From contig JBFMCE010000085.1 in assembly GCA_040754655.1 (NCBI GenBank), positions 1 to 16,638 of the forward strand: DNA of 16,638 nucleotides, in the 5' to 3' direction. Under the pieces are notes generated by a model that was not told the DNA's origin, did not search any database, and worked only from the letters and a program-made list of their open reading frames with translations. Within the stretch, counting starts at the first letter, position 1, and the number at the start of each line of letters is the position of its first letter. Below, one piece after another: positions 1 through 8,499 of the stretch. A program made the position numbers and the translations under genes. Source of the DNA: Bdellovibrionota bacterium. GTDB lineage: Bacteria; Bdellovibrionota; UBA1018; UBA923.

Positions 1-501
1 GATGCCATGTTGAAAGCTCTTCGGTGAGAAAGTTTTTTCAGAAAGGTTCAATTTCGAAAAACATTCTTTGACCAGATTTAATTGATCGCTGTCGTCATAA
101 ATAACGAACTGCTGCGAGTAAGGAGTGCGTTCAATCTCACGGCGCAGGATCCGCGTGCAAACCGAGTGAAAGGTACCGATCATCGGCTGTGAGAAAAAAA
201 CCGAACTCGAAAGATATGTTGGAATCGGCTCAAGGGCATCGGCCGCAAGTCCCAGAGCTCGACTGACGCGCTCACGCATCTCGCCTGCCGCCTTGTTGGT
301 GAACGTGACCGCTAGAATTTGATGCCCGGCAACGCCAACATTGCTCATCAGATGGACGATCCTGGCAGTAAGCATCTTAGTTTTTCCGCTTCCTGCTCCG
401 GCAATGACAAGAACGGGGCCGTGGGTCGCTTCTACACCTGCCCTTTGACGGTCATTAAGATCTCGAAAAAAAGGGGTATCTGGAAATGTCTGCGATGCCA
501 T
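1..501 (-). CDS. uvrD: UvrD/PcrA/Rep family ATP-dependent DNA helicase, N-terminal 167 aa (runs off the window start)
   Basis: Absent from the ORF track because it has no stop in the window. Manual translation from ATG at 501 gives MASQTFPDTPFFRDLNDRQRAGVEATHGPVLVIAGAGSGKTKMLTARIVHL...ILAVTFTNKAAGEMRERV...IGTFHSVCTRILRRE...FVIYDDSDQ. This contains the Q motif, Walker A (AGAGSGKT), motif Ia (TFTNKAA) and TFHS of SF1 helicases. Confidence 0.95.
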   Translation of the reverse strand, partial: MASQTFPDTPFFRDLNDRQRAGVEATHGPVLVIAGAGSGKTKMLTARIVHLMSNVGVAGHQILAVTFTNKAAGEMRERVSRALGLAADALEPIPTYLSSSVFFSQPMIGTFHSVCTRILRREIERTPYSQQFVIYDDSDQLNLVKECFSKLNLSEKTFSPKSFQHGI

Positions 502-602
502 AGAGCGCGTAGTAAAGCATAAATCGCACAGACGTGGAAGCGCTCAGTGGCTGAGCTCTGTTCAAATTCCTGCAAAGCAGGTGCAGGGATTTCAACAGAG
601 CT

Positions 603-2366
603 TTATCGGTCAGAGATGGCGATGCTCGCTACTTCGTGCTTATACCGTCCGACAATAGACGACTCAAAGAGCAGTCCGCAAAGACGGCGGTCTTCGTCGA
701 CAACCGGCACGCATGGGCTTTCTTGCAAAATTTCTAACGCCTTTTCAAGGCTTTCCGAAAGCGAAACCGTCGGAGTAAAAGAGTCGACCAGATCTCGAAT
801 CTCAACAACCCTCTCTAATGCTTGGATCTGCTGCGATGTAGCATCAGCGTTCAAAACCCTTCTGATCTGGCTTGGCATTCTCTCAAGAGCAAGAAGCCCA
901 AGAAATTTTTCGTCCATCGACAGCACACCGATAAAGTTGTGTCGTGAACGAACAACCGCATCACGAAGATCAAACAAACTTGCGTCATCAGAAATCGTGA
1001 CGAAGTCGGTATACATTGCATCCATGGTCTTCAATTTCCCCAGCAAGCTCGCCACCCGCCCCCCAACAATACGGACACCGCGGCGCGACGCCAAAATCTC
1101 ATGCAAAGGACGCGTCCCAAGGAAAAACGTCATGGCGCGAGCAGCAATCACCGCGATCGTCGCAATGCACCAGACCTGTGGATCTCTTCCCACTTCAAGA
1201 ACCAAGGCCGAAGCCGCCACTGGTACGGCGAACAGTCCGCACAAAACGGAAACCGCGCCAGAAATCGTAAGAGGCAGAAGAGCAGACTGCAAATCAAAGA
1301 GCCCCGCGATCGCCCCTCCCAAACTATAGCCGAAAAGACTCCCTAGGACGAGTGCGCTGGTGAACAAACCACTGGATCCCCATCCTGAGAATGCGAGCAG
1401 CAACAAACTCCAATGCGCGATCAAGATGACAAACGCAGTCAGTGATGAGAGTTTCAACCATGCAAGATCGTACCAGAGCCGATGAGGTTCAGTATAAGCC
1501 TCTGGAACAAGCCAGACTAAAACCCCCATCGACACGCCCGTGACTAAAAACGAAACCCAGGCCCTTTTGCGCGTCAATTGCTGATAGGCTTCAGCCGCTT
1601 TTACGAACATGCGTGAACTGAAGCTCGAAAGAGCGCCCCCACCGAGGCCAACCACAACCGCCGCCAAAGACATGAAAAGCCAATTCTTCGCTTCAAGGTG
1701 CAAGGGCTCAAGGCCTGAGAACAAGTAGCTGATGATGTTCGAAGAAGCCCGGTTTCCATCAATAAAAAATGTTGATGGAACGATAGACTGCAAGAACGTC
1801 GCCGTTCCGTACGCCACCAACGCTGCAAGCACCGCGGATCCCCTAACCCTGGCTTCAAGAACATGCAAGAGCTCGAGTGTGATCAAAATTCCGCTGAACG
1901 GGGCTCCAAGCGCCACCCCCAACGACGATGAAAGGGCGCAGACGACGAAGGTTTGCCTCTCTTCGATGAAGAAACGCGCGAACCTCGAAAAGAAAGGCAA
2001 TGTCGAAAAACAAAGCTCAAGGATCCCCCCCTCGATGCCGAAGATACCCCCGATCAAAGCATTCAGCACCGAGACGACTCCTCTCGCCACCCAACGCATC
2101 GGAGCGATCCGAAAGACGCCAAAAAAATAGCTTTCGAGGATATCTGTGAGATTGTCTTTTTTAAGGGGAGCGGTATTTCTTCTCTGTCGCCATCCTGCAA
2201 GCGAATGCAAGACGGCCGCCACGGCTCCGATCAACGGAGGGGCAAGGTACCAAAAGTGGTTCAACTGTTCATGAATGGCCGGAAAATTCAGCACAAGGTG
2301 GACCAATGCAAAGCAGCCCACCCCCACGACTCCTGCGAAGACCCCAACCAGTATTGGAATCACCAT
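603..2366 (-). CDS. CLC (voltage-gated chloride channel/transporter) family membrane protein with C-terminal CBS pair; signature motifs degenerate
   Basis: 587 aa with many hydrophobic helices. GIEGG corresponds to GREGP, LGAPFSGILITLE to FNAPLAGxxFxxE, and GSSGLFTSALVLG to GGSGGIFxPxLxxG. C-terminal CBS repeats (MDAMYTDFVTI..., PCVPVVDEDRRLCGLL). Confidence 0.85.
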   Translation of the reverse strand: MVIPILVGVFAGVVGVGCFALVHLVLNFPAIHEQLNHFWYLAPPLIGAVAAVLHSLAGWRQRRNTAPLKKDNLTDILESYFFGVFRIAPMRWVARGVVSVLNALIGGIFGIEGGILELCFSTLPFFSRFARFFIEERQTFVVCALSSSLGVALGAPFSGILITLELLHVLEARVRGSAVLAALVAYGTATFLQSIVPSTFFIDGNRASSNIISYLFSGLEPLHLEAKNWLFMSLAAVVVGLGGGALSSFSSRMFVKAAEAYQQLTRKRAWVSFLVTGVSMGVLVWLVPEAYTEPHRLWYDLAWLKLSSLTAFVILIAHWSLLLLAFSGWGSSGLFTSALVLGSLFGYSLGGAIAGLFDLQSALLPLTISGAVSVLCGLFAVPVAASALVLEVGRDPQVWCIATIAVIAARAMTFFLGTRPLHEILASRRGVRIVGGRVASLLGKLKTMDAMYTDFVTISDDASLFDLRDAVVRSRHNFIGVLSMDEKFLGLLALERMPSQIRRVLNADATSQQIQALERVVEIRDLVDSFTPTVSLSESLEKALEILQESPCVPVVDEDRRLCGLLFESSIVGRYKHEVASIAISDR

Positions 2367-2380
2367 CTTAAGGAAAAAGT

Positions 2381-4198
2381 CTACTCTACTGTCACCGATT
2401 TCGCGAGGTTTCTTGGCTTATCAACGTCAGTTCCTTTGAGAACCGCCGCATGATACGCCAAGAGCTGCGCCGGAATGGATGCCAAGAGGGTATCACTCCA
2501 ATCGCCAGCGAAGTCATACCCTAAAAAATAGTCTGACATCTTTTTAAGCTGCAAATCACCTTTCGTGCCGATGGCTACGATCCGTCCGCCTCTCGCCTTC
2601 ACTTCTTGAAGATTCGAGATTGTTTTCTCATAGAGCTCATCCCGAGGTGCAAGCACCACAACCGTCATGCTTGGTTCAACCATCGCGATGGGGCCATGCT
2701 TCAGTTCACCCGCAGGATATCCTTCTGCGTGGATGTAGCTGATCTCTTTAAGTTTCAGCGCGCCTTCCAAGGCGATGGGAAACAACCTGCCCCGAGCGAT
2801 GAACAAAAACCCCTTTGATTGGATGCACTCTTGAGCGACGTGTTGCACTTCGGCGGCCTGATCGAGCGCTCCTTGCAAAAGATGCGGAAGCTTTGAGAAA
2901 AAATGGATATCAAACGTTTCGTTGCGCCCGATATACTGGCCGATAAGCATCAAAACCAAGATCTGGGTGGTGAATGCTTTGGTCGAAGCGACTCCGATTT
3001 CAGGACCAGCCGCCGTGAATAACGTTGTTGAAGCTTCGCGAGAAAGCGTTGAGCCCCGTACGTTGCAGATCGCCGCCGTCATTGCGCCAGCGCGTTTCGC
3101 TTCTCGAAGAGCGGCTAGCGTATCCGCCGTCTCTCCGGATTGGCTAATCGCGATGACCAAGGTGTCAGGGCCCACTACGGGATCGCGGTACCGGTATTCG
3201 CTCGCAAGATCGACTTCAACTGGAATCCGGACTTCGCGTTCAAGGATGTACTTTCCGATCAAGGCGGCGTGCCATGCGGTTCCACAGGCGAGAAGTTGAA
3301 TTTTTGAAGCCTTCTTCATCATGGCCGCAAGAATTTCGAAACGAGCGGCCCCTGTATCGCGTTCGACGAGGTTGTCGAGAGTGTCAAGAACCGCCCTGGG
3401 CTGTTCATGAATCTCTTTGAGCATGTAGTGAGGAAAGCCCGCCTTATCCATGCTGCTCAAAGTCCAATCCAGCACAACCGGGCTTCGGGAAATCGGCTGC
3501 CTTGAATTTTGAGGCTCTCTGAGCGAGAAGATCGCAAACTTATCCCGTTCGCACACCACCATGTCTTCGTTCTCTAGAAATGTAACGGTATTGGTATGCT
3601 CTAGGATGGCCTGCGCATCGCTAGCCACAAAGGTGCCCTTGGCGTTTTGAGCGCGCGCAACCACAAGCGGAGTGCCATTGCGAATAGCCACGACCCGATC
3701 CGGAAATTCATCATTCACGACCACGACACTGCAAGAACCTTCAAGCCTCAAAAACGCGAGACGAACCGATTCCTCAAAACCAATGCCCTGCCTCCGATAC
3801 TCTTCCACGAGGTGCCCGAACAACTCGGAGTCGGTTTCACTCACCATGCGGTAACCTTTGGAAACCAGTTCTTCGCGAAGCGATTCGTAGTTTTCGATGA
3901 TTCCGTTATGAACCAATACGGTTGAGCCCGTTCGATGAGGGTGCGCATTCACAGCGTTGGGTTTCCCATGGGTTGCCCAGCGCGTATGTCCTACCCCAAT
4001 CGAACCCTTCAAGGGTTTTCCCTGATGGAGGCTCGCGATGTTCTCAAGTTTTCCTTCGGCCTTCAGGATTTCAAAGCCATGGCCATTTGCACAAGCGATG
4101 CCGGCCGAGTCATACCCTCGATATTCAAGCCGCTTTAGCCCTGCTATTAAAAAGTCTGCACAATCTTTTTCACCGACGTAGGCAATGATCCCGCACAT
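2381..4198 (-). CDS. glmS: Glutamine--fructose-6-phosphate aminotransferase (isomerizing)
   Basis: MCGI N-terminus (catalytic Cys), LEYRGYDSAG, GHTRWATHG, HNGIIEN, SQSGETADT, EGALKLKE, ELKHGP, C-terminal PRNLAKSVTVE. Confidence 0.99.
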   Translation of the reverse strand: MCGIIAYVGEKDCADFLIAGLKRLEYRGYDSAGIACANGHGFEILKAEGKLENIASLHQGKPLKGSIGVGHTRWATHGKPNAVNAHPHRTGSTVLVHNGIIENYESLREELVSKGYRMVSETDSELFGHLVEEYRRQGIGFEESVRLAFLRLEGSCSVVVVNDEFPDRVVAIRNGTPLVVARAQNAKGTFVASDAQAILEHTNTVTFLENEDMVVCERDKFAIFSLREPQNSRQPISRSPVVLDWTLSSMDKAGFPHYMLKEIHEQPRAVLDTLDNLVERDTGAARFEILAAMMKKASKIQLLACGTAWHAALIGKYILEREVRIPVEVDLASEYRYRDPVVGPDTLVIAISQSGETADTLAALREAKRAGAMTAAICNVRGSTLSREASTTLFTAAGPEIGVASTKAFTTQILVLMLIGQYIGRNETFDIHFFSKLPHLLQGALDQAAEVQHVAQECIQSKGFLFIARGRLFPIALEGALKLKEISYIHAEGYPAGELKHGPIAMVEPSMTVVVLAPRDELYEKTISNLQEVKARGGRIVAIGTKGDLQLKKMSDYFLGYDFAGDWSDTLLASIPAQLLAYHAAVLKGTDVDKPRNLAKSVTVE

Positions 4199-4459
4199 AA
4201 TTGATAAGCTCTAGTCCTTCTCTCTCAAACACTTGATGATAAAAATCGTAGTCTATTCAGCTCGCCCACAAAGAAGCAAGTGTGAAGTAAAGATCGCTCA
4301 AAAAAGCTTAATAATACCAATATCTTAAAAAAATAAACCAACCCCTTCTCACTTTAACTCTGGTTTCTACGCCGACCAGAAACCCAAACTCACCCGAAAC
4401 TTCCCTTGAATCCAACAATTGCTCAGCAATCTTTTTCTACAACGTGCGCAGGAGTTGTC

Positions 4460-4476
4460 TATAATAATATAGAGGT
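4460..4476 (+). promoter_or_regulatory. Putative sigma70 -10 box and ribosome-binding site of the PilZ gene
   Basis: TATAAT at 4460-4465 and GAGGT at 4472-4476, upstream of GTG at 4486. No convincing -35. Confidence 0.5.
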
Positions 4477-4485
4477 AAGTAGAAC

Positions 4486-4908
4486 GTGAGCCTAGACGCC
4501 TCCAAACAAAGTCCATCAGGTACTGGAACAAAAAAAGAAAATCCCGCTGATCGGCGCCAAGAAGGCCGCCGGGTTGTTCATGAGAAATGCAAAGTCATAC
4601 TCTCGATCGCTGACAATGGGGCATCCGGAACCGCTCCGATCTCTGGCGTTGTCACTGATATCAGCGCTAAAGGAATTGGAATCTTTAGCGAAGCCTTCCT
4701 CAACAACACGACCACCATCATGATCATCCTCAAAGGACGGCGCTTTGAACATGAGTTGCAAGCGAAGGTCGCCTGGTGCCGCCGCATTCCTACGACGGGC
4801 CGGATCATCAAGGCATCGCAGGCGTTGAACTGGAGAATGGGATTGATGTTCGACTTCCGGTCAGACGAAGAAAGAGCGCTCCTAGAGAAGCTCTCCGTAT
4901 CCTTGTAA
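4486..4908 (+). CDS. Single-domain PilZ protein (probable c-di-GMP receptor)
   Basis: RxxxR motif (DRRQEGR) and D/NxSxxG motif (DISAKG), followed by typical PilZ beta-strands (KVAWC, WRMGLMF). SD GAGGT precedes the GTG start. Confidence 0.88.
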   Translation: MSLDASKQSPSGTGTKKENPADRRQEGRRVVHEKCKVILSIADNGASGTAPISGVVTDISAKGIGIFSEAFLNNTTTIMIILKGRRFEHELQAKVAWCRRIPTTGRIIKASQALNWRMGLMFDFRSDEERALLEKLSVSL

Positions 4909-4921
4909 CAATAAACTTAAA

Positions 4922-6376
4922 CTACTTCCGTCGTTTGTACTTCTTAGCGTATCCTGGCTTCACGACTTGCCTTGTTCTCGCGATGACCAAAGAGTCTGGC
5001 TCGGAAACTGACTCCGTGACCGTGCTTCCCGAGGCGATATAAGTTCCATCTGCGATTTGAATCGGAGCCACAACTTGCGAATCACTTCCGACGAAGACAT
5101 CGTCTCCGATTATGGTTTGATGTTTTCGGCGCCCCTCCCGAACGGTGCCATCATAATTGCAGGTCACGAAACCACACCCCAAGTTCACGTTCGATCCGAT
5201 CTCGGCATCACCGATATAACTCAAGTGCGCCGCATTGGTGTGCGATCCTATGATCGATTCCTTCACTTCCACAAAATTCCCGACACGCACATGATCTTTC
5301 AATTGAGACCCTGGGCGAAGCTGCACCATGGGTCCAACGATGCATTCCTTGCCTATGATCGATTTCTCGGCAACTGTGGAATTACGAATCACGCTCGACT
5401 CGCCGATGGCCACCTCGGTCAAGTCGCAATGAGAACCGATCTGCACCCGATCTGCAATTTTTGAGCGACCATGAATCGAGGTAAAAGGCGCTATCGCACA
5501 GTCAGAGCCGAATTCGACTTGGGGGCCGATATACGTGTGGCGCGGTTCGGCTAAGAAAACGCCTGCCTGCATCAGCTTTTTTGCCGTCTTATAATAGAGG
5601 GTCTGCTGAGCAGCGGCCAACTCTTCCATATTGTTGACCCCAGCTAGAGTGTTGGGGTCATCGAATTGATACGCAAGGATTCTTTTCTTTTTCTTGTATG
5701 CATAGGAAAAGACGTCGGGGAGATAAAACTCTTGGGCCTTGTTCTTATTCTTCATCTGGCCCAAAGCGCCTTCAAGAGTCTCGCGGTCAAAGAGATAAAC
5801 CCCTCCATTGTATTCGCGGATCTTTCGCTGCGAAACGGTCGCATCCTTGTACTCTACGACCCCTACGAACTTCCTCGACGCCCGTAAAATTCGGCCGTAC
5901 TGCCCGGCATCATCCAAGGTTGCGGATGCAAGCGAAGCGACACTCTTGTTTTGCTGATGGGCTTCGAGAAAAGCCTCAAAGTCACTTGCAGAGAAAATGG
6001 GAAGATCTCCGTTGAAAACCGCTATGGTTCGAAAAGGAAGTTTTGTTTTCTGAAAACTCTCTAAAGCCAACTTTACCGCATGCCCTGTTCCCAACTGCTG
6101 CTCCTGGGTGGTGTAAATGACTGGCGTCTGGACTTTCGAAGATCCGCGCAACCCCTCGACCATTTGCTTGACCTGATCGCGGCCATGACCAATGACAATG
6201 TTGAAGCGAGAACCCTGGTAAGGCCGCAACGCCTGATCGAGCGCATCCAACAAAAGCGCAAGCATGGGTTCTCGGCAGACTTTATGCAAAACCTTCGGAG
6301 TTTGTGAACGCATGCGGGTGCCCAAACCAGCGGCCAGTATGATCACTCCCAAACTTCTGTCTAAAGAACGAGGCAT
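4922..6376 (-). CDS. glmU: Bifunctional UDP-N-acetylglucosamine pyrophosphorylase / glucosamine-1-phosphate N-acetyltransferase
   Basis: LAAGLGTRMRS, PKVLH, QLGTGHA, GDLP, YGRI, hexapeptide repeats, GNFVEVK, HLSYIGDA, CNYDG. Start moved to ATG 6376, which has GGAG upstream and removes the overlap with the MATE gene. Confidence 0.98.
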   Translation of the reverse strand: MPRSLDRSLGVIILAAGLGTRMRSQTPKVLHKVCREPMLALLLDALDQALRPYQGSRFNIVIGHGRDQVKQMVEGLRGSSKVQTPVIYTTQEQQLGTGHAVKLALESFQKTKLPFRTIAVFNGDLPIFSASDFEAFLEAHQQNKSVASLASATLDDAGQYGRILRASRKFVGVVEYKDATVSQRKIREYNGGVYLFDRETLEGALGQMKNKNKAQEFYLPDVFSYAYKKKKRILAYQFDDPNTLAGVNNMEELAAAQQTLYYKTAKKLMQAGVFLAEPRHTYIGPQVEFGSDCAIAPFTSIHGRSKIADRVQIGSHCDLTEVAIGESSVIRNSTVAEKSIIGKECIVGPMVQLRPGSQLKDHVRVGNFVEVKESIIGSHTNAAHLSYIGDAEIGSNVNLGCGFVTCNYDGTVREGRRKHQTIIGDDVFVGSDSQVVAPIQIADGTYIASGSTVTESVSEPDSLVIARTRQVVKPGYAKKYKRRK

Positions 6377-6442
6377 CGGCAATCTCCATGGATAAAGAGC
6401 TAACCAAGTTGTACCATTGCATTGGTTCAAGTAAAAGAAGAC

Positions 6443-7819
6443 ATGAGTTCAAGGATGAAGAGAAACCACGAAATCGTTTCGCTGATGAAACTAGCGCTTC
6501 CGGTCGCAACCGCGCATTTGGCTCACATGTCGATGCAGATTGTCGACACGATGTTCGTGGGGCGGGTCAGCGCCGAGGCGATCGGCGCAGTATCGGTCGG
6601 AAACGCCGTTTTCGCGGTCTTCATGGTGATGGGCATCGGGCTTTCACTTGGACTTGATTTCATCATCTCGCACGCTTTCGGCGCTGGCAAGCAAGACGAG
6701 TGCAACCGATCACTGATCCAATCGATTTATCTCTGCACGTTCGTATCTATTCCTGGCATAGGAGTGATGTACCTGGCCTCTGGCCTCTTCGAGTGGTTCG
6801 GAATCGAACCCCAGGTAGCGATACTCGCGAAGGGGTATCTCAGGATTCTTTCCTGGAGCTTATGGCTCGTTCTGATGTTCAATGCATTTCGCCAATATCT
6901 TCAAGCCATGGGCGTGGCCAATGCCGTGATGGTTATTATGGTGCTCGCAAATGTGCTGAACATTGCCGCCAACTGGGTTTTTGTTTTTGGGAAACTTGGC
7001 TTTCCGGCGCTCGGAGTGGAAGGCTCAGGGCTTGCGACGCTTCTCTCGCGCGTCTTCATGCTGCTTGCCATTCTTGCATACGTGGCACGCAGGGATAAAA
7101 AGTACAGCCTAGGCCTGCTTGCGACTTCGATGGAATTTTCACGAACCCGCATGATGAGGATCGTTGAGCTGGGTTTACCGGCAATGGGACAAGTCATGCT
7201 TGAAGTCGGCGTATTCGCACTCGCCACCCTTCTCGCGGGAAAACTGGGTTCGACGGTGCTAGCCGCTCATCAAATCGCGCTGCACATCGCAAGCCTCACG
7301 TTCATGGTGGGCATGGGCGTTTCAGCCGCCGCTGCTGTTCGCATTGGAAGCGCTTTGGGCCATGGAAACCAGGATCAGGCGATCAAGACGGGATGGACAG
7401 CCGTTGTTTGCGTCGCCTTACTCATGGGTGTCTTCGCGATTCTGATGTTTGCCTTGCGCGAGCCTTTGATGGGATTGTTCACTTCAGACCCTTTGGTGAT
7501 TGAGGCGGGTAAGGGCTTGCTCATTCTCGCAGCCTTCTTTCAGCTCTTTGATGGCACGCAGGTCGTTGGCGCCGGAATACTGAGGGGGATCGGGGAAACA
7601 AGAGCATCGATGTTCGCCAATCTCGTGGGCCATTGGTTTGTTGGACTACCCCTTGGGATAGGTCTTTGTTTTGGACTGGGCTTGGGCGCTCAAGGATTGT
7701 GGATTGGGCTTTCAACAGGGCTTATCTTTGTTTCTCTCGCGCTGATGATGGTTTGGAGAAAGAAAGTGCGGCGCATGCGCGCAACCTCTTTTGCGCTCGA
7801 GCCGCGACTCTCGCGTTAG
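6443..7819 (+). CDS. MATE family efflux transporter (NorM-like)
   Basis: About 12 TM helices, VDTMFVG, ISHAFGAG, FGKLGFPALGVEGSGLAT, LAAHQI, FQLFDGTQVV, GILRG. Start is ATG 6443 or 6455 rather than TTG 6422. Confidence 0.95.
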   Translation: MSSRMKRNHEIVSLMKLALPVATAHLAHMSMQIVDTMFVGRVSAEAIGAVSVGNAVFAVFMVMGIGLSLGLDFIISHAFGAGKQDECNRSLIQSIYLCTFVSIPGIGVMYLASGLFEWFGIEPQVAILAKGYLRILSWSLWLVLMFNAFRQYLQAMGVANAVMVIMVLANVLNIAANWVFVFGKLGFPALGVEGSGLATLLSRVFMLLAILAYVARRDKKYSLGLLATSMEFSRTRMMRIVELGLPAMGQVMLEVGVFALATLLAGKLGSTVLAAHQIALHIASLTFMVGMGVSAAAAVRIGSALGHGNQDQAIKTGWTAVVCVALLMGVFAILMFALREPLMGLFTSDPLVIEAGKGLLILAAFFQLFDGTQVVGAGILRGIGETRASMFANLVGHWFVGLPLGIGLCFGLGLGAQGLWIGLSTGLIFVSLALMMVWRKKVRRMRATSFALEPRLSR

Positions 7820-8038
7820 TCGCCTCTTCCCCGCCGCACGAGAGTGGCACTGCAATTTTTGCCGGTGGCTCGTTTTCTCTAACTTAAGTTTATTTAGAAA
7901 CCTGCCGTTAGTCTTCTTCAAGGGGCGCTCGTGAAATCAAATGAGGCCTTGAAGGAGTGAGTGTCATTTTTTTGACTTCTTTCCGTACGCATCTTCTTTG
8001 TACCGTCAAAATATCCGCGTGACTCGCTCAAAAAAGAT

Positions 8039-8067
8039 TTTGCGTCCATCAGGTGCGCTGCTACACT
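8039..8067 (+). promoter_or_regulatory. Putative sigma70 promoter of dksA (extended -10)
   Basis: TTGCGT (8040-8045), 16-nt spacer, TACACT (8062-8067) preceded by TGn. Confidence 0.5.
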
Positions 8068-8113
8068 CTTTTACTTGAGTGCAGTTCGAACCTATGGAGC
8101 GGGAGTAGTGCAC

Positions 8114-8473
8114 ATGGAAAAGAAAAATCTAGTGAAGTTCAAGAAACTTCTTTTGGAAGAAAAGCAGCGTATCATCAACAACAGTCGCAAAGACCTTGAT
8201 GATATCAAGATCGATATCGATGATCTTCCAGATGAAACAGACCTTGCGGCCACCGAAGTCAGCCAAACCTTGGCTTTCAAGTTGCGCGATCGTGAGCGAT
8301 TGCTGCTCGCCAAGATCGACCAGGCTTTAGAGAAAATCGAAGACGGCACCTTCGGTGTTTGCGAATCTTGCGAAGAACCTATCGAGCCTCGAAGGCTTGA
8401 GGCGCGCCCGGTGAGCACTCTTTGCATCGCTTGCAAAGAGATGGAAGAACACCGCGAAAAGATTTTCGCTTAA
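8114..8473 (+). CDS. dksA: RNA polymerase-binding transcription factor DksA (DksA/TraR C4 zinc finger)
   Basis: Coiled-coil tip DxxDxA (DETDLA), LRDRER, CxxC-17-CxxC (CESC...CIAC), RLEARP. SD GGAG at 8102-8105 precedes ATG 8114. Confidence 0.93.
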   Translation: MEKKNLVKFKKLLLEEKQRIINNSRKDLDDIKIDIDDLPDETDLAATEVSQTLAFKLRDRERLLLAKIDQALEKIEDGTFGVCESCEEPIEPRRLEARPVSTLCIACKEMEEHREKIFA

Positions 8474-8499
8474 GTTCTCGCGAATCTCAGGCAATCGAT

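Noticed and set aside
319..522. 67-aa + strand ORF
   Set aside because: Antisense to the clear uvrD/pcrA reading frame.
547..1329. 260-aa + strand ORF and the many other ORFs antisense to clc, glmS, glmU, lon and corC
   Set aside because: They are shadows of well-supported opposite-strand genes, with Ser/Arg-rich composition and no motifs or SD.
4199..4485. glmS ribozyme or purine riboswitch upstream of glmS
   Set aside because: No AGCGCC/GACGAGG ribozyme core on the minus strand. GTTTCTAC at 4363-4370 resembles a purine riboswitch junction, but the loop motifs and flanking stems are missing.
7845..7862. TGGCAC as a sigma54 promoter upstream of dksA
   Set aside because: TTGC follows after 8 nt rather than the obligatory 5 nt.
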